A stretch of 64,000 bases of DNA from Deferribacterales bacterium (GCA_050251875.1 JBFWMA010000006.1:64001-128000); one strand, 5' to 3'. Shown: positions 28,728 through 37,555, numbered from the stretch's first letter. The notes: generated from the sequence alone by a model not told the origin. Made by a program: numbers and translations.

Positions 28728-30023
28728 GTGATGGACTGGGAAAGACTGCTGAGCTACCAGAGGGTAAAAGGCGGTCACACCGAACAGTTCGACTATGCCA
28801 GAAGCCCGTTCAATGTGGATTTTGACCGCATAATCTTCTCCGATGCCTTCCGCAGACTGGACGAGAAGACTCAGGTGCATCCATTAAGAAACAACGACAA
28901 CGTCCACTCCCGCCTGTCCCACAGTCTGGAGGTGGCTTCCGTTGGCAGAAGCCTCGGCACGCTCGCCGGAGGTTTTCTGAAAGAACGCTCGCTCCTGCCG
29001 GATATATTCACCCCCGACCACACAGGTCAGATAGTGCAAACCGCCTGTCTGGCGCACGACATAGGCAACCCGCCATTCGGACACACCGGAGAGGAGATCA
29101 TTCAGAACTGGTTCAAAGATGATAAGCACATAAAATATCTTGAATCTATGAAATCAAACCAGATAACTGATTTCACAGCATTCGAAGGCAATGCCCAGGC
29201 GTTCCGTATTGTCACCCGTCTGGGAATGTATAAAAACGAAGGCGGAATCAGACCCACATACGCCGTGATAGCGTCCATGATGAAATACCCCTGGGTACAC
29301 AGAGACGGCATAAAAAAATTCTGCTGTTTTTCCGATGACCTGTCCACTCTGGAAGACATCGCTCAGAAAACGGGACTCATGGGAAAAGACGGAATATATC
29401 AGCGCCATCCGCTGGCATACCTGTCCGAGGCGGCGGACGACATCTGCTACAGCATCATAGACATAGAAGACGCCTACGAGCTGAACCTCATCAGCTATGA
29501 AGAGGCGTATGACACTCTGAACGGCATATGCGGCGTAAAAGCCGAAAAGCTGGCGTCCAAGACCCGCAAAGAGTCGATTGCCTATCTGAGGGCTGTCGCC
29601 ATAGGAAAATGTGTTGAAGCCGTTATAACCGAGTTCAAAGACAGATATGAAGAGATGATTAAGGGCAGACTGCATTACAAACACAATCTGCTGGAAAACT
29701 CCGCAGTGAAAGACGCCATAGCCGAAGCAAAAAAGCTGGGCAGCGGCAAAATATACATCAACCCCAGAAAGATAATGCTGGAAGTGGGAGCGGAGAATAT
29801 TTACGATATCCTGCTCAGCAACTTCTGCAAGGGAGCCTTTGACAAAGCCGTCAACAACGGCGGCGGATTCCGCACCAGAGGCGTTATGAATCTGATGGGG
29901 GACGGAGCCGTGCAGGAGGGAGAGAGCGTCTTCACCGCCATGCACAAGGTGGTGGACTACATCACCGGAATGACAGACAGCTACGCCGCAGAAACAGCGA
30001 AGCTGATGCGGGGCATAGCCTAG
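28728..30023 (+). CDS. dgt: dGTP triphosphohydrolase (HD family)
   Basis: DFDRIIFS.AFRRL..KTQV, RLSHSLEV, AHDIGNPPFGH, FEGNAQ, EAADDICY and DYITGMTD motifs. Confidence 0.94.
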   Translation: MMDWERLLSYQRVKGGHTEQFDYARSPFNVDFDRIIFSDAFRRLDEKTQVHPLRNNDNVHSRLSHSLEVASVGRSLGTLAGGFLKERSLLPDIFTPDHTGQIVQTACLAHDIGNPPFGHTGEEIIQNWFKDDKHIKYLESMKSNQITDFTAFEGNAQAFRIVTRLGMYKNEGGIRPTYAVIASMMKYPWVHRDGIKKFCCFSDDLSTLEDIAQKTGLMGKDGIYQRHPLAYLSEAADDICYSIIDIEDAYELNLISYEEAYDTLNGICGVKAEKLASKTRKESIAYLRAVAIGKCVEAVITEFKDRYEEMIKGRLHYKHNLLENSAVKDAIAEAKKLGSGKIYINPRKIMLEVGAENIYDILLSNFCKGAFDKAVNNGGGFRTRGVMNLMGDGAVQEGESVFTAMHKVVDYITGMTDSYAAETAKLMRGIA

Positions 30024-30700
30024 CCCCTGACTCCGAAATTCCTTATATATTTCTTAAGTATTTCTTCCGCTTTCAGATTGTCCAGACCGGACACGTCAAA
30101 AGTCTTATCCAGCATCTTAGCGTTTCTGATCCTCTGGAGAAAGAACAGACAGTCCGGCACTCTGTCGGCAAAAACAGCGACATCGTCCTCATCAGGCACC
30201 TCCCACAGAGTATGGCGAACCTCATAAGACACGCTGTATTTATCCAGTATCTCCACCGACCTGAAAAAATCGTTCAGATCAGCGTCCGTTCTGGTTATTC
30301 TTTTCAGCGAATTTTGAGAAAAAGCCTTCATATCCACAGCGGCATAATCCGCCAGCCCGGCGGAGCAGACCCTCTCCAGCGCATTAACCGAAAAACCGTT
30401 GGTATCCAGCTTCACCTTCAGACCGCGCTCTTTCATATCCGCCAGAAAATCGCTCAGATGCGGGGCGAGCAGAGGCTCGCCGCCTGTTACGGCGACAGCC
30501 TCTATATCCTTACCCGCCAGATATTCCAGAAAATCCTGAAGTCTGCTGACTTTTGCCCGCCCTGTCACCAGCTCGGGGTTGTGGCAGTACCGGCATCTTA
30601 AGGAGCATCCGTGGGTAAAAACGATGGATGAGATCTTGCCGGGATACTCCATAAGGCTGACATGCTGAAAATCTGCCACATAAAAGTCATAACTGCTCAT
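30020..30700 (-). CDS. nrdG: Anaerobic ribonucleotide reductase activating enzyme (radical SAM)
   Basis: SLMEYPGK, GCSLRCRYCHNPEL, TGGEP and KLDTNG motifs; downstream of nrdD. Confidence 0.92.
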   Translation of the reverse strand: MSSYDFYVADFQHVSLMEYPGKISSIVFTHGCSLRCRYCHNPELVTGRAKVSRLQDFLEYLAGKDIEAVAVTGGEPLLAPHLSDFLADMKERGLKVKLDTNGFSVNALERVCSAGLADYAAVDMKAFSQNSLKRITRTDADLNDFFRSVEILDKYSVSYEVRHTLWEVPDEDDVAVFADRVPDCLFFLQRIRNAKMLDKTFDVSGLDNLKAEEILKKYIRNFGVRG

Positions 30701-30867
30701 TATTTCACCTGAAATGTCTCTCTGTTTTTAAATTCTTCTTTTTTCCCCTCGTTCCATTGTTTGGTGGGGCTGTGATAGCCTACAACTCTGCTGTAGACGT
30801 CACAATCTGTTCCCTTAACGTCTTTCAGCTCCTGCTGAAGTCTGTTCAGTTCTGTCTGTTTATCCAT
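30700..30867 (-). CDS. Stand-alone NrdD C-terminal glycyl-radical peptide (55 aa)
   Basis: Not in the ORF track. Translates to MDKQTELNRLQQELKDVKGTDCDVYSRVVGYHSPTKQWNEGKKEEFKNRETFQVK. GGAGG lies 6 nt before the ATG; the start overlaps the nrdD stop and the stop overlaps the nrdG start (TAATG). Confidence 0.93.
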   Translation of the reverse strand: MDKQTELNRLQQELKDVKGTDCDVYSRVVGYHSPTKQWNEGKKEEFKNRETFQVK

Positions 30868-32911
30868 TAGCTGCCTCCGTCTCTATTTCATCCGCCAGTT
30901 CTTCTATGCGGCGGGTGATCTCCGCTTTTTTCTCCGACTCACACATGGGACAGGACGGGTGTTCGCCCCTGATATATCCGTGGATGGGACACACGGAAAA
31001 TGTGGGAGTGATCGTGATATAGGGCATGGTGTATTCCGATGTGATCTTCTCCAAAAGTTTTGCCACGGTGGACGTATCCGCAATAGATTCGCCCAGAAAA
31101 ACGTGAAAAACCGTTCCGCCCGTATACAGCGGCTGAAGCCTGTCCTGATGGCTCAGCGCATGGAAAAGATCTCTGGTCTGCTCCACGGGTATCTGTGTGG
31201 AGTTGGTATAATATGGTCGTGAATCCGAACCGGATGTGACTATGCCCGGGCAGTCTTTGACATCCTTCTTCGCCAGACGGTAAGATGTGCCCTCCGCCGG
31301 TGTCGCCTCCAGATTGTAGAGCATGTCGTCCTCATTCTGAAAATCCGCCAGCTTCTCACGCATGAAGTTCAGCACTTTTTCAGAAAAATCCAGCCCGTCT
31401 TCGTGCATGATGTCAACACCCATGAAATTCAGCAGACATTCGTTCATGCCGATAATGCCGATGGTGTTGAAGTGATTCTTCCAGTACTGCCCGAATCTGT
31501 CGTATATGCTGTCCAGATAGTGTCTGGAATATGGATAGAGCCCGTTGTGGGTCAGTTTTTCCAATGATTTGCGTTTGATGCGCAGAGCCTCACGGGCAAG
31601 CTCCATCAGCTCGCTCAGCCTTCCGAAGAAATCATCTTCGTTCGCTGCCTGATATCCCAGCCTCGGCAGGTTTATGGTTACCACTCCGATGGAACCTGTG
31701 AGCGGGTTAGCACCAAAGAGCCCTCCGCCCCGCTTTTTCAGCTCTCTGTTGTCCAGACGCAGACGACAGCACATGCTTCTGGCATCGTCAGGGCTCATGT
31801 CGCTGTTCACGAAGTTGGCGAAATACGGCGTACCGTATTTTGCCGTCATCTTCATCAGCTCGTCCACTATTGGTCTGTTCCAGTCGAACTGTTTGTCTAT
31901 GTTGTATGTGGGGATGGGGAATGTGAACACCCTGCCCTTGGCGTCCCCCTCCATCATCACCTCGAAGAAGGCTCGGTTAAATATAAACAGCTCTTCCTGA
32001 AACTCTTTATAGGTTCTCTCCATCGGCTCTCCGCCTATAACCACCGCCTCGTCACGAAAGGCGGAAGGAACGTAAAGATCCATGGTAAGGTTGGTAAACG
32101 GAGTCTGAAAACCCACTCTGGTAGGCACGTTCAGGTTGAATATGAACTCCTGAAGAGCCTGTTTCACATCGGCATAGCTCAGCTTGTCATATGCAATGAA
32201 AGGGGCGAGCAGTGTGTCGAAGTTGGAAAACGCCTGAGCGCCCGCCGCCTCTCCCTGCAATGTGTAGAAAAAGTTTACTATCTGTCCCAGAGCCGAGCGG
32301 AAATGTTTCGGGGGTCTGCTCTCCACCTTGCCGTGGACGCCTCCGAAACCTCTGGTGAGAAGATCCTTCAGATCCCAGCCGCAGCAGTAGACAGCCAGCA
32401 GACCGAGATCGTGGATATGAAAACTGCCGGAATTATGCGCTGTCTGCACGTTTTCCGGATATATTCTGTTCAGCCAGTATTTGGCTGTTATCTTCGATGA
32501 TATATAGTTGTTCAGCCCCTGAAGAGCGTATGTGGTGTTGCTGTTTTCGCTCACCCTCCAGTCGCTGCCGCCCAGATATTCCTCCACGATGGATTCCAGT
32601 CCTTCGAAAGCCTCTCTGAAATCTCTCATCTGGGCTCTCTGGCTGCGGTAGAGAATGTATGCTTTGGCGGTTTTGGCGTGTCCGTTCTCTATCAGAACTT
32701 TTTCCACTTCGTCCTGAATCTCTTCCACAGATACTGATCCGTATACGCCGTATTTGTCTGTGAGAGCCCTGCAAACCTTGATGGAAAGCATGGCGGAAAT
32801 ATTGCGGTCGGTGCCGCCCACGGCTTTTGCGGCCTTATAGATGGCATTGGCTATTCTTTCATGGTCAAACGGCACAAATCGACCGTCACGTTTGTTGACT
32901 TTTTCTATCAT
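30860..32911 (-). CDS. nrdD: Class III anaerobic ribonucleoside-triphosphate reductase, large fragment (ATP cone + catalytic barrel + Zn site, no glycyl loop)
   Basis: ATP cone (VNKRDG...FDHERI), HIHDL, YCCGW, AGAQ, RSMCCRL, EATPAEG, YTNST, YTGGT and CPIH...CPMC; ends without an RVxGY motif. Confidence 0.95.
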   Translation of the reverse strand: MIEKVNKRDGRFVPFDHERIANAIYKAAKAVGGTDRNISAMLSIKVCRALTDKYGVYGSVSVEEIQDEVEKVLIENGHAKTAKAYILYRSQRAQMRDFREAFEGLESIVEEYLGGSDWRVSENSNTTYALQGLNNYISSKITAKYWLNRIYPENVQTAHNSGSFHIHDLGLLAVYCCGWDLKDLLTRGFGGVHGKVESRPPKHFRSALGQIVNFFYTLQGEAAGAQAFSNFDTLLAPFIAYDKLSYADVKQALQEFIFNLNVPTRVGFQTPFTNLTMDLYVPSAFRDEAVVIGGEPMERTYKEFQEELFIFNRAFFEVMMEGDAKGRVFTFPIPTYNIDKQFDWNRPIVDELMKMTAKYGTPYFANFVNSDMSPDDARSMCCRLRLDNRELKKRGGGLFGANPLTGSIGVVTINLPRLGYQAANEDDFFGRLSELMELAREALRIKRKSLEKLTHNGLYPYSRHYLDSIYDRFGQYWKNHFNTIGIIGMNECLLNFMGVDIMHEDGLDFSEKVLNFMREKLADFQNEDDMLYNLEATPAEGTSYRLAKKDVKDCPGIVTSGSDSRPYYTNSTQIPVEQTRDLFHALSHQDRLQPLYTGGTVFHVFLGESIADTSTVAKLLEKITSEYTMPYITITPTFSVCPIHGYIRGEHPSCPMCESEKKAEITRRIEELADEIETEAANG

Positions 32912-33027
32912 AAAAAGTCTACCTCCTTAAAAATGAACGCAGTTAGAGGGTAAAAAAATAGGGCAGTAAATAAGGGTGATTATTTTATGGAATGATAAAG
33001 ATCATCCATCCCTCCGCTGGTTAAATT

Positions 33028-33165
33028 AAAGGTCAGGTATCCTGGCTCTCCATCGTTCTACTTGCCCGGTCTTCCCATTCTCACAGTGACCGTGTGGGGG
33101 CTTTCGTCAGGATTACAGTTGCGGGGGCAGCGCCGGAATTAAACCGGACTTCCCTGATTCCTTCA
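33028..33165 (-). ncRNA. Cobalamin (B12) riboswitch in the nrdD leader
   Basis: Minus strand carries AGGGAAGTCCGGT..TTCCGGCGCTGCCCCCGCAACTGT ... CACTG..GGGAAG ... GAGCCAGGATACCTG (B12 box). Confidence 0.92.
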
Positions 33166-33170
33166 TCTTC

Positions 33171-33199
33171 ATTTTGCAGAGAACGGACCGAGATGTCAA
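33171..33199 (-). promoter_or_regulatory. Putative sigma-70 promoter for the riboswitch-nrdD transcript
   Basis: TTGACA-N17-CAAAAT immediately upstream of the aptamer. Confidence 0.6.
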
Positions 33200-33253
33200 C
33201 CAAACATTTCGGACGAATAACGTCCGGTCAGGCTAACTTTCTGAAAGGACAGA

Positions 33254-33361
33254 TCAAATAACTTTTACCGTCTCCGTGATCTCTTCAAAGAGCCTCTCGG
33301 CTATCCGTGAGCACCTGAAAACAGCGTAAGCGGAAACAGCTATGATTGCCAGAAGTGACAT
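33254..33361 (-). CDS. Candidate small hydrophobic protein (35 aa)
   Basis: MSLLAIIAVSAYAVFRCSRIAERLFEEITETVKVI, with AGGTG 5 nt before the ATG. Confidence 0.35.
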   Translation of the reverse strand: MSLLAIIAVSAYAVFRCSRIAERLFEEITETVKVI

Positions 33362-33430
33362 AAAAACACCTGTACCGAGTATTTTTTCACTAATCTAGCG
33401 CCTATACATCAGAAAAAGATACGGATCTTG

Positions 33431-34606
33431 TCAGATTGTTTTAATATCTGCCTCAGCGGAAGGCACAGCGGACATCAGAAGCAGACACGCCAGCACAGAT
33501 ACCATGCCGACTGCTCCCGCCGTATAAAAGACAACCCTGATATCCAGAACGGATATGATGAGAGCGCCGATGAAAGAAGCGGCAGTGAACCCGAGATTCA
33601 TCACGCTGTTGAACAGCCCCGCTGTTCTGCCCATCCCCAGCCTCTCTCCCTCGTCCACCAGCAGAGACGAGCTGGCGGGCTGAGACACAGCGCCGAATAT
33701 TCCGGCGCACACGCACAGAAACAGCATGCCGTAGAAACTGCCTGTGTCAGCCACCATAAAGACCAGAGCGGAGGCATACACCCCGCCGCCCACAATCATC
33801 AGCTTTCTGGATATCCTGTCCGCCATCCTGCCCATAGGGCGCAGAAACAATATCATGCTCAGCGTTGTGGACGACAGTACCATTCCCGTCTGAAAACCTG
33901 TGGAGCCCATGCGGCTCTCCATGAATATGGGCAGAAAGACGCACATGGTGGCTATGGAATATGCTCTGCCGAATATGAAAAACAGAAGCGAGGCTATCAC
34001 TGAGTTTCCGGCTATGTCTTTCAGCGGGGCGCACCTCTCCGGAATGGAGTTCACGCCTGCGCCGGAAGGCAGAAAAACTGCGGCGATAAGAGCGCTGACG
34101 CACAGAACGAAAAGAACGCCGAACAGCCCAGTGAATCCGAAATGATCTTTTACCAGCCCGCCCAGAAGAGGACCCAGAGCGGCAGCCGAATAGAATGAGA
34201 TGTCGAAGCCTCCCAGCGATGATGCCCTGCGCCCACGGGGAGCGGCGCTCCCCGCGGCAGACAGCAGAACAGGGCGAAAGATTGCGGTGCTTAGACCCTG
34301 AGCCGTCCGCAGAGCAGTTACTATAAGGAGGTTGTTAGACTGCATATATAGGAATGCAATCAGCGAGTAAATCGTGATACTGAATATTATCAGTCTCCTG
34401 CTGCCCAGCCTGTCGCTGAGCATGCCCGCCAGAGGCGAGAAGAGTATCTTTGCCGCCGCATAGAGTCCTATGGCGGAGGCGAACACCAGCCCTCTGGCTC
34501 CGAGACCCGTTACATAGACGGAGAAATAAGCGTCTGACACGGCAAAACCGAGCGAGACAGCGAAATTTATGAAGAATAATATCTTTAAACTGTTATCCGT
34601 CCGCAT
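33431..34606 (-). CDS. MFS transporter
   Basis: About 12 TM; motif A in both halves (GMLSDRLGSR, GRMADRISRK). Confidence 0.92.
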   Translation of the reverse strand: MRTDNSLKILFFINFAVSLGFAVSDAYFSVYVTGLGARGLVFASAIGLYAAAKILFSPLAGMLSDRLGSRRLIIFSITIYSLIAFLYMQSNNLLIVTALRTAQGLSTAIFRPVLLSAAGSAAPRGRRASSLGGFDISFYSAAALGPLLGGLVKDHFGFTGLFGVLFVLCVSALIAAVFLPSGAGVNSIPERCAPLKDIAGNSVIASLLFFIFGRAYSIATMCVFLPIFMESRMGSTGFQTGMVLSSTTLSMILFLRPMGRMADRISRKLMIVGGGVYASALVFMVADTGSFYGMLFLCVCAGIFGAVSQPASSSLLVDEGERLGMGRTAGLFNSVMNLGFTAASFIGALIISVLDIRVVFYTAGAVGMVSVLACLLLMSAVPSAEADIKTI

Positions 34607-34624
34607 AAGAGCCTCTCTTTAATA

Positions 34625-34666
34625 TCAGCGGCACCGGCGGTTACGGGGTCCGCCGATGCCTGCTGA
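34625..34666. other. GC-rich intercistronic stem-loop between the porin and MFS genes
   Basis: TCAGCGGCACCGGCGG...CCGCCGATGCCTGCTGA inverted repeat. Confidence 0.45.
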
Positions 34667-34726
34667 CAGGTTGTGTCAGGTTTACCCACAGGAGTATTAA
34701 AAGGATGCCACCTGAAGAACCTCAGA

Positions 34727-35968
34727 TCACTTCTTTCCGCCGAAGCTGAATTTGTATGTCACATAGAATCTGGTGTCGTCATAGTCGTCACCGTCATCCA
34801 CATCGATGGTAGCGTATCTGGCTCTGACACCGAATCCCTGAAGGGCTCCGCCGAAATCATACTGGATGCTGTAGTCTGTCTCCGCCATGTCTGCGGAGGC
34901 GTTGCTGCCTGTTTCGGGTGTGTCATATTTTGCGTAAAACACATAAGCGCTGAGACCTTTTAAGCCAAGTTTGCCGAAATCATAGGCAAGCCTGGCGGCA
35001 TAAACGTCCTCTTCCGCTCTGCATGAGTTCAGCACCTGCTGGATCACGACCATGCTGGCGCCCCATTTATCCAGAAGAGCGTCATCGCCTGTTTTAGCGT
35101 AAAAACCTGTCAGGTCGAAACCATAGTATTTCGCGCCGAGGCTAAGACCATAGTGTTCTGTGCTGAAATCGCCCACGAGCTCATCACCCTGTGATTTCTG
35201 AAGCAGCAGTGTGGGTTTGGTATATACAGTCACGCCGCCGAGGTCTTTACTCACTGATATGTCGAAGTACTGCTCGTTAAAAACATCGGGCATAGTGTAA
35301 TACCACGCCTGAACAGAGCTGTTCACTGATTCCACGGGCAGTTTGTAGTTAGCGCCGAAGATATAGAAAGGGTTGTCGTCTATATTCACACTGCCTGCGG
35401 GACCGGATGCGGCGGCGTCTGATATGGATACGAAGTCCTCATCCGCCCAGCCCAGTGAATCTGTGATATAGTAGCCGGAGAGAGTCAGGTTGTTCACAGA
35501 GTTATTAACCACAGACAGTCCTTTGTAGCTTCTGGGAAGCAGACGGATCTGGTGTGTGTGCATCATGGGAGTGTTCACTTCCTGAGCGCCGTATTTTATC
35601 TGTGTTTTGAACCAGTCGCCCTGAATATAGTATTCCTGCATTCTGGTTACGCTTTTATGCGATCCGTCATCGTTTCTGCCCAGCAGTCCATACACGGAAT
35701 CGCTGTCGTTATCGCCTATGTTGTTTGTTGTGGCAAAGGCTGTGCCGAATGATATTCCGTAAAGAGGCGCTGTCTTATAATATAAAAGTCCGCCGAAAGC
35801 GCTGTCTCTCTTTGTTTTGGCTGTATCATAGTCTTTGGTAAAATCCATAAACTTGATCTCGCCCCGTCCTGTTCCTTCGGTGAACATCTCTTTCACATTG
35901 GTAGCCGCGAAGGCGGATGTTGTCAGGCTGAGAGCAAGAGCCGCTATAATAGCTATTCTGCTTTTCAT
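34727..35968 (-). CDS. OprD-family-like outer membrane porin
   Basis: Sec signal (AFA), alternating beta-strand pattern, GAQEVNTP..RLLP.SY.G motif and a terminal strand RFYVTYKF. Confidence 0.82.
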   Translation of the reverse strand: MKSRIAIIAALALSLTTSAFAATNVKEMFTEGTGRGEIKFMDFTKDYDTAKTKRDSAFGGLLYYKTAPLYGISFGTAFATTNNIGDNDSDSVYGLLGRNDDGSHKSVTRMQEYYIQGDWFKTQIKYGAQEVNTPMMHTHQIRLLPRSYKGLSVVNNSVNNLTLSGYYITDSLGWADEDFVSISDAAASGPAGSVNIDDNPFYIFGANYKLPVESVNSSVQAWYYTMPDVFNEQYFDISVSKDLGGVTVYTKPTLLLQKSQGDELVGDFSTEHYGLSLGAKYYGFDLTGFYAKTGDDALLDKWGASMVVIQQVLNSCRAEEDVYAARLAYDFGKLGLKGLSAYVFYAKYDTPETGSNASADMAETDYSIQYDFGGALQGFGVRARYATIDVDDGDDYDDTRFYVTYKFSFGGKK

Positions 35969-36025
35969 CTTTTTCCTCCCTTAGTATTAAAGGGCGCCCG
36001 CCCTAAACGGACGCCCGGAGTGATT

Positions 36026-37555
36026 TTATTTTATGCCTATGTATTTCACTGCGTTTTCAGCGGCTATACGTCCTGAGTTGATAGCGAAACCGAATGTTCC
36101 GCCTCCGAGTTTCAGGTCATAGCTGTCGCCGTACATACCGCCGGCGTCCAGACCGCCGGCATAGAGACCGGGGATGACTTCGTTGTCAACGTCAACAACT
36201 TCTGTGTGCTCGTTGATTCTGATGCCGCCCAGTGTGCCAAGTGCTCTGGGGTGCAGTTTTGTCACATAGAAGGGAGCTTTTTTCAGGTGGCGCAGATAGA
36301 GAGGTGATTTGTGGAAAAGGTTATCCACATGCATGTCAGCCGCCTCGTTAACGCTGTCCACTGTCGCCTGAAGCACTTTGGGATCGGCGCCGATGGCTTT
36401 TGCCACTTCTGCTATGGTGTTGCATTTAAAAACGTTGCCGTTTTTTCTGCCAAGTTCTTTGCTGAACTCAGCATCGAGTTTCACAAGTTTTGTACCCTGA
36501 AGAACCCATTCGCCAAGAGGCATCTGGATACCTTCATTAATGACTTTCAGCCTGGTGTCCTCATCATAGATAGAGTAAGCTGTGCCGCCTATTCTCTCCA
36601 GTGCGTTGCCAGACTGAGGCCACTCGGTGATGTTTGACTCGTCTGTGTATCTGTGACCTTTGGGGTCAACGAACAGATAAGGCTGAACAGCAGCGGCGAT
36701 CATCTGTGATGCGGGGTGGAATCCTGCCAGACCGGGACGGTATGACTGCATAACATTCACACCCTCTTCGGCGGCGCCTGCTTTCCATGCCATTTTGATA
36801 CCATCGCCCATTTTACCTATCTGACCGATGAAGACCATTTCGGGATATCTGGAATATTTGGCTACCATCTCTTTGTTGTTGGCAAAACCGCCGGAAGCGA
36901 TCAGAACTGCCTTAGCGTTTACTGTCACTTTCTCGCCGTCTTTTGTCTCGCCCACGACACCTACTATCTTACCGTCTTTTTTGATAAGGTCTGTGGCGCC
37001 TGTGTTGAGCAGAAGAGTACCGCCGCCGTCAACAAACTGCTTTGTGAGCACTTTCATAACAGCCTCGCCGTGGTGATACTGCTTACCGTCAACATCAACC
37101 CAGTCGATAACGTGCCATGTAAGGGGTCCGCCGAAGCCGCCCACGCCCACATATTCATATTTGATTCCGAATTGTTTCAGCCATTCGATGGTTTCGGCTG
37201 ATTTATTGACAAAAGCGCTCACCAGAGGCGCATTAGCACGCCAGTGGCTGTAGTCCATGATGGTCTTGAACGCGAACTGTTTGGATACGTCAATACCTAT
37301 TCTGAGCTGAACGCTGGATTCAGCCGCGAAGAGTCCCTCGGCAAAGTTTCCCGTACCGCCTGTTATCGCCTGTTTTTCAAGGACAACAACTTTTGCGCCC
37401 AACATCTGTGCCTGAACGGCTGAGCTGAGACCTGTGGCGCCGCCGCCGACTATGGCATAATCTGTGTTATACACCTTGTCAGCGAAAGCCGGCATACAGA
37501 ACATAAGCGCCAGAACAAATGTCAAGAACGCTTTGATCGATACTAGACATTTCAT
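36026..37555 (-). CDS. Periplasmic FAD-dependent oxidoreductase (flavocytochrome c / fumarate-reductase superfamily flavin subunit), substrate unknown
   Basis: Signal peptide; IVGGGATG, VLEK..GG, ASGGFANN, GDGI.MA..AGA, GTLGGIRIN, IPGLYAGG and SGRIAA motifs. Confidence 0.9.
   Translation of the reverse strand: MKCLVSIKAFLTFVLALMFCMPAFADKVYNTDYAIVGGGATGLSSAVQAQMLGAKVVVLEKQAITGGTGNFAEGLFAAESSVQLRIGIDVSKQFAFKTIMDYSHWRANAPLVSAFVNKSAETIEWLKQFGIKYEYVGVGGFGGPLTWHVIDWVDVDGKQYHHGEAVMKVLTKQFVDGGGTLLLNTGATDLIKKDGKIVGVVGETKDGEKVTVNAKAVLIASGGFANNKEMVAKYSRYPEMVFIGQIGKMGDGIKMAWKAGAAEEGVNVMQSYRPGLAGFHPASQMIAAAVQPYLFVDPKGHRYTDESNITEWPQSGNALERIGGTAYSIYDEDTRLKVINEGIQMPLGEWVLQGTKLVKLDAEFSKELGRKNGNVFKCNTIAEVAKAIGADPKVLQATVDSVNEAADMHVDNLFHKSPLYLRHLKKAPFYVTKLHPRALGTLGGIRINEHTEVVDVDNEVIPGLYAGGLDAGGMYGDSYDLKLGGGTFGFAINSGRIAAENAVKYIGIK

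Noticed and set aside
28728..30023. dGTPase as an anti-phage defence gene
   Set aside because: Housekeeping context, with no defence-island or mobile neighbours.
30860..32911. nrdD as a truncated pseudogene
   Set aside because: The missing tail is intact in the next ORF with its own RBS and coupling; nrdG and the riboswitch are intact.
36026..37555. Calling the flavoprotein fumarate reductase (frdA/fccA)
   Set aside because: The catalytic His/Arg motifs are replaced, so no gene symbol was assigned.
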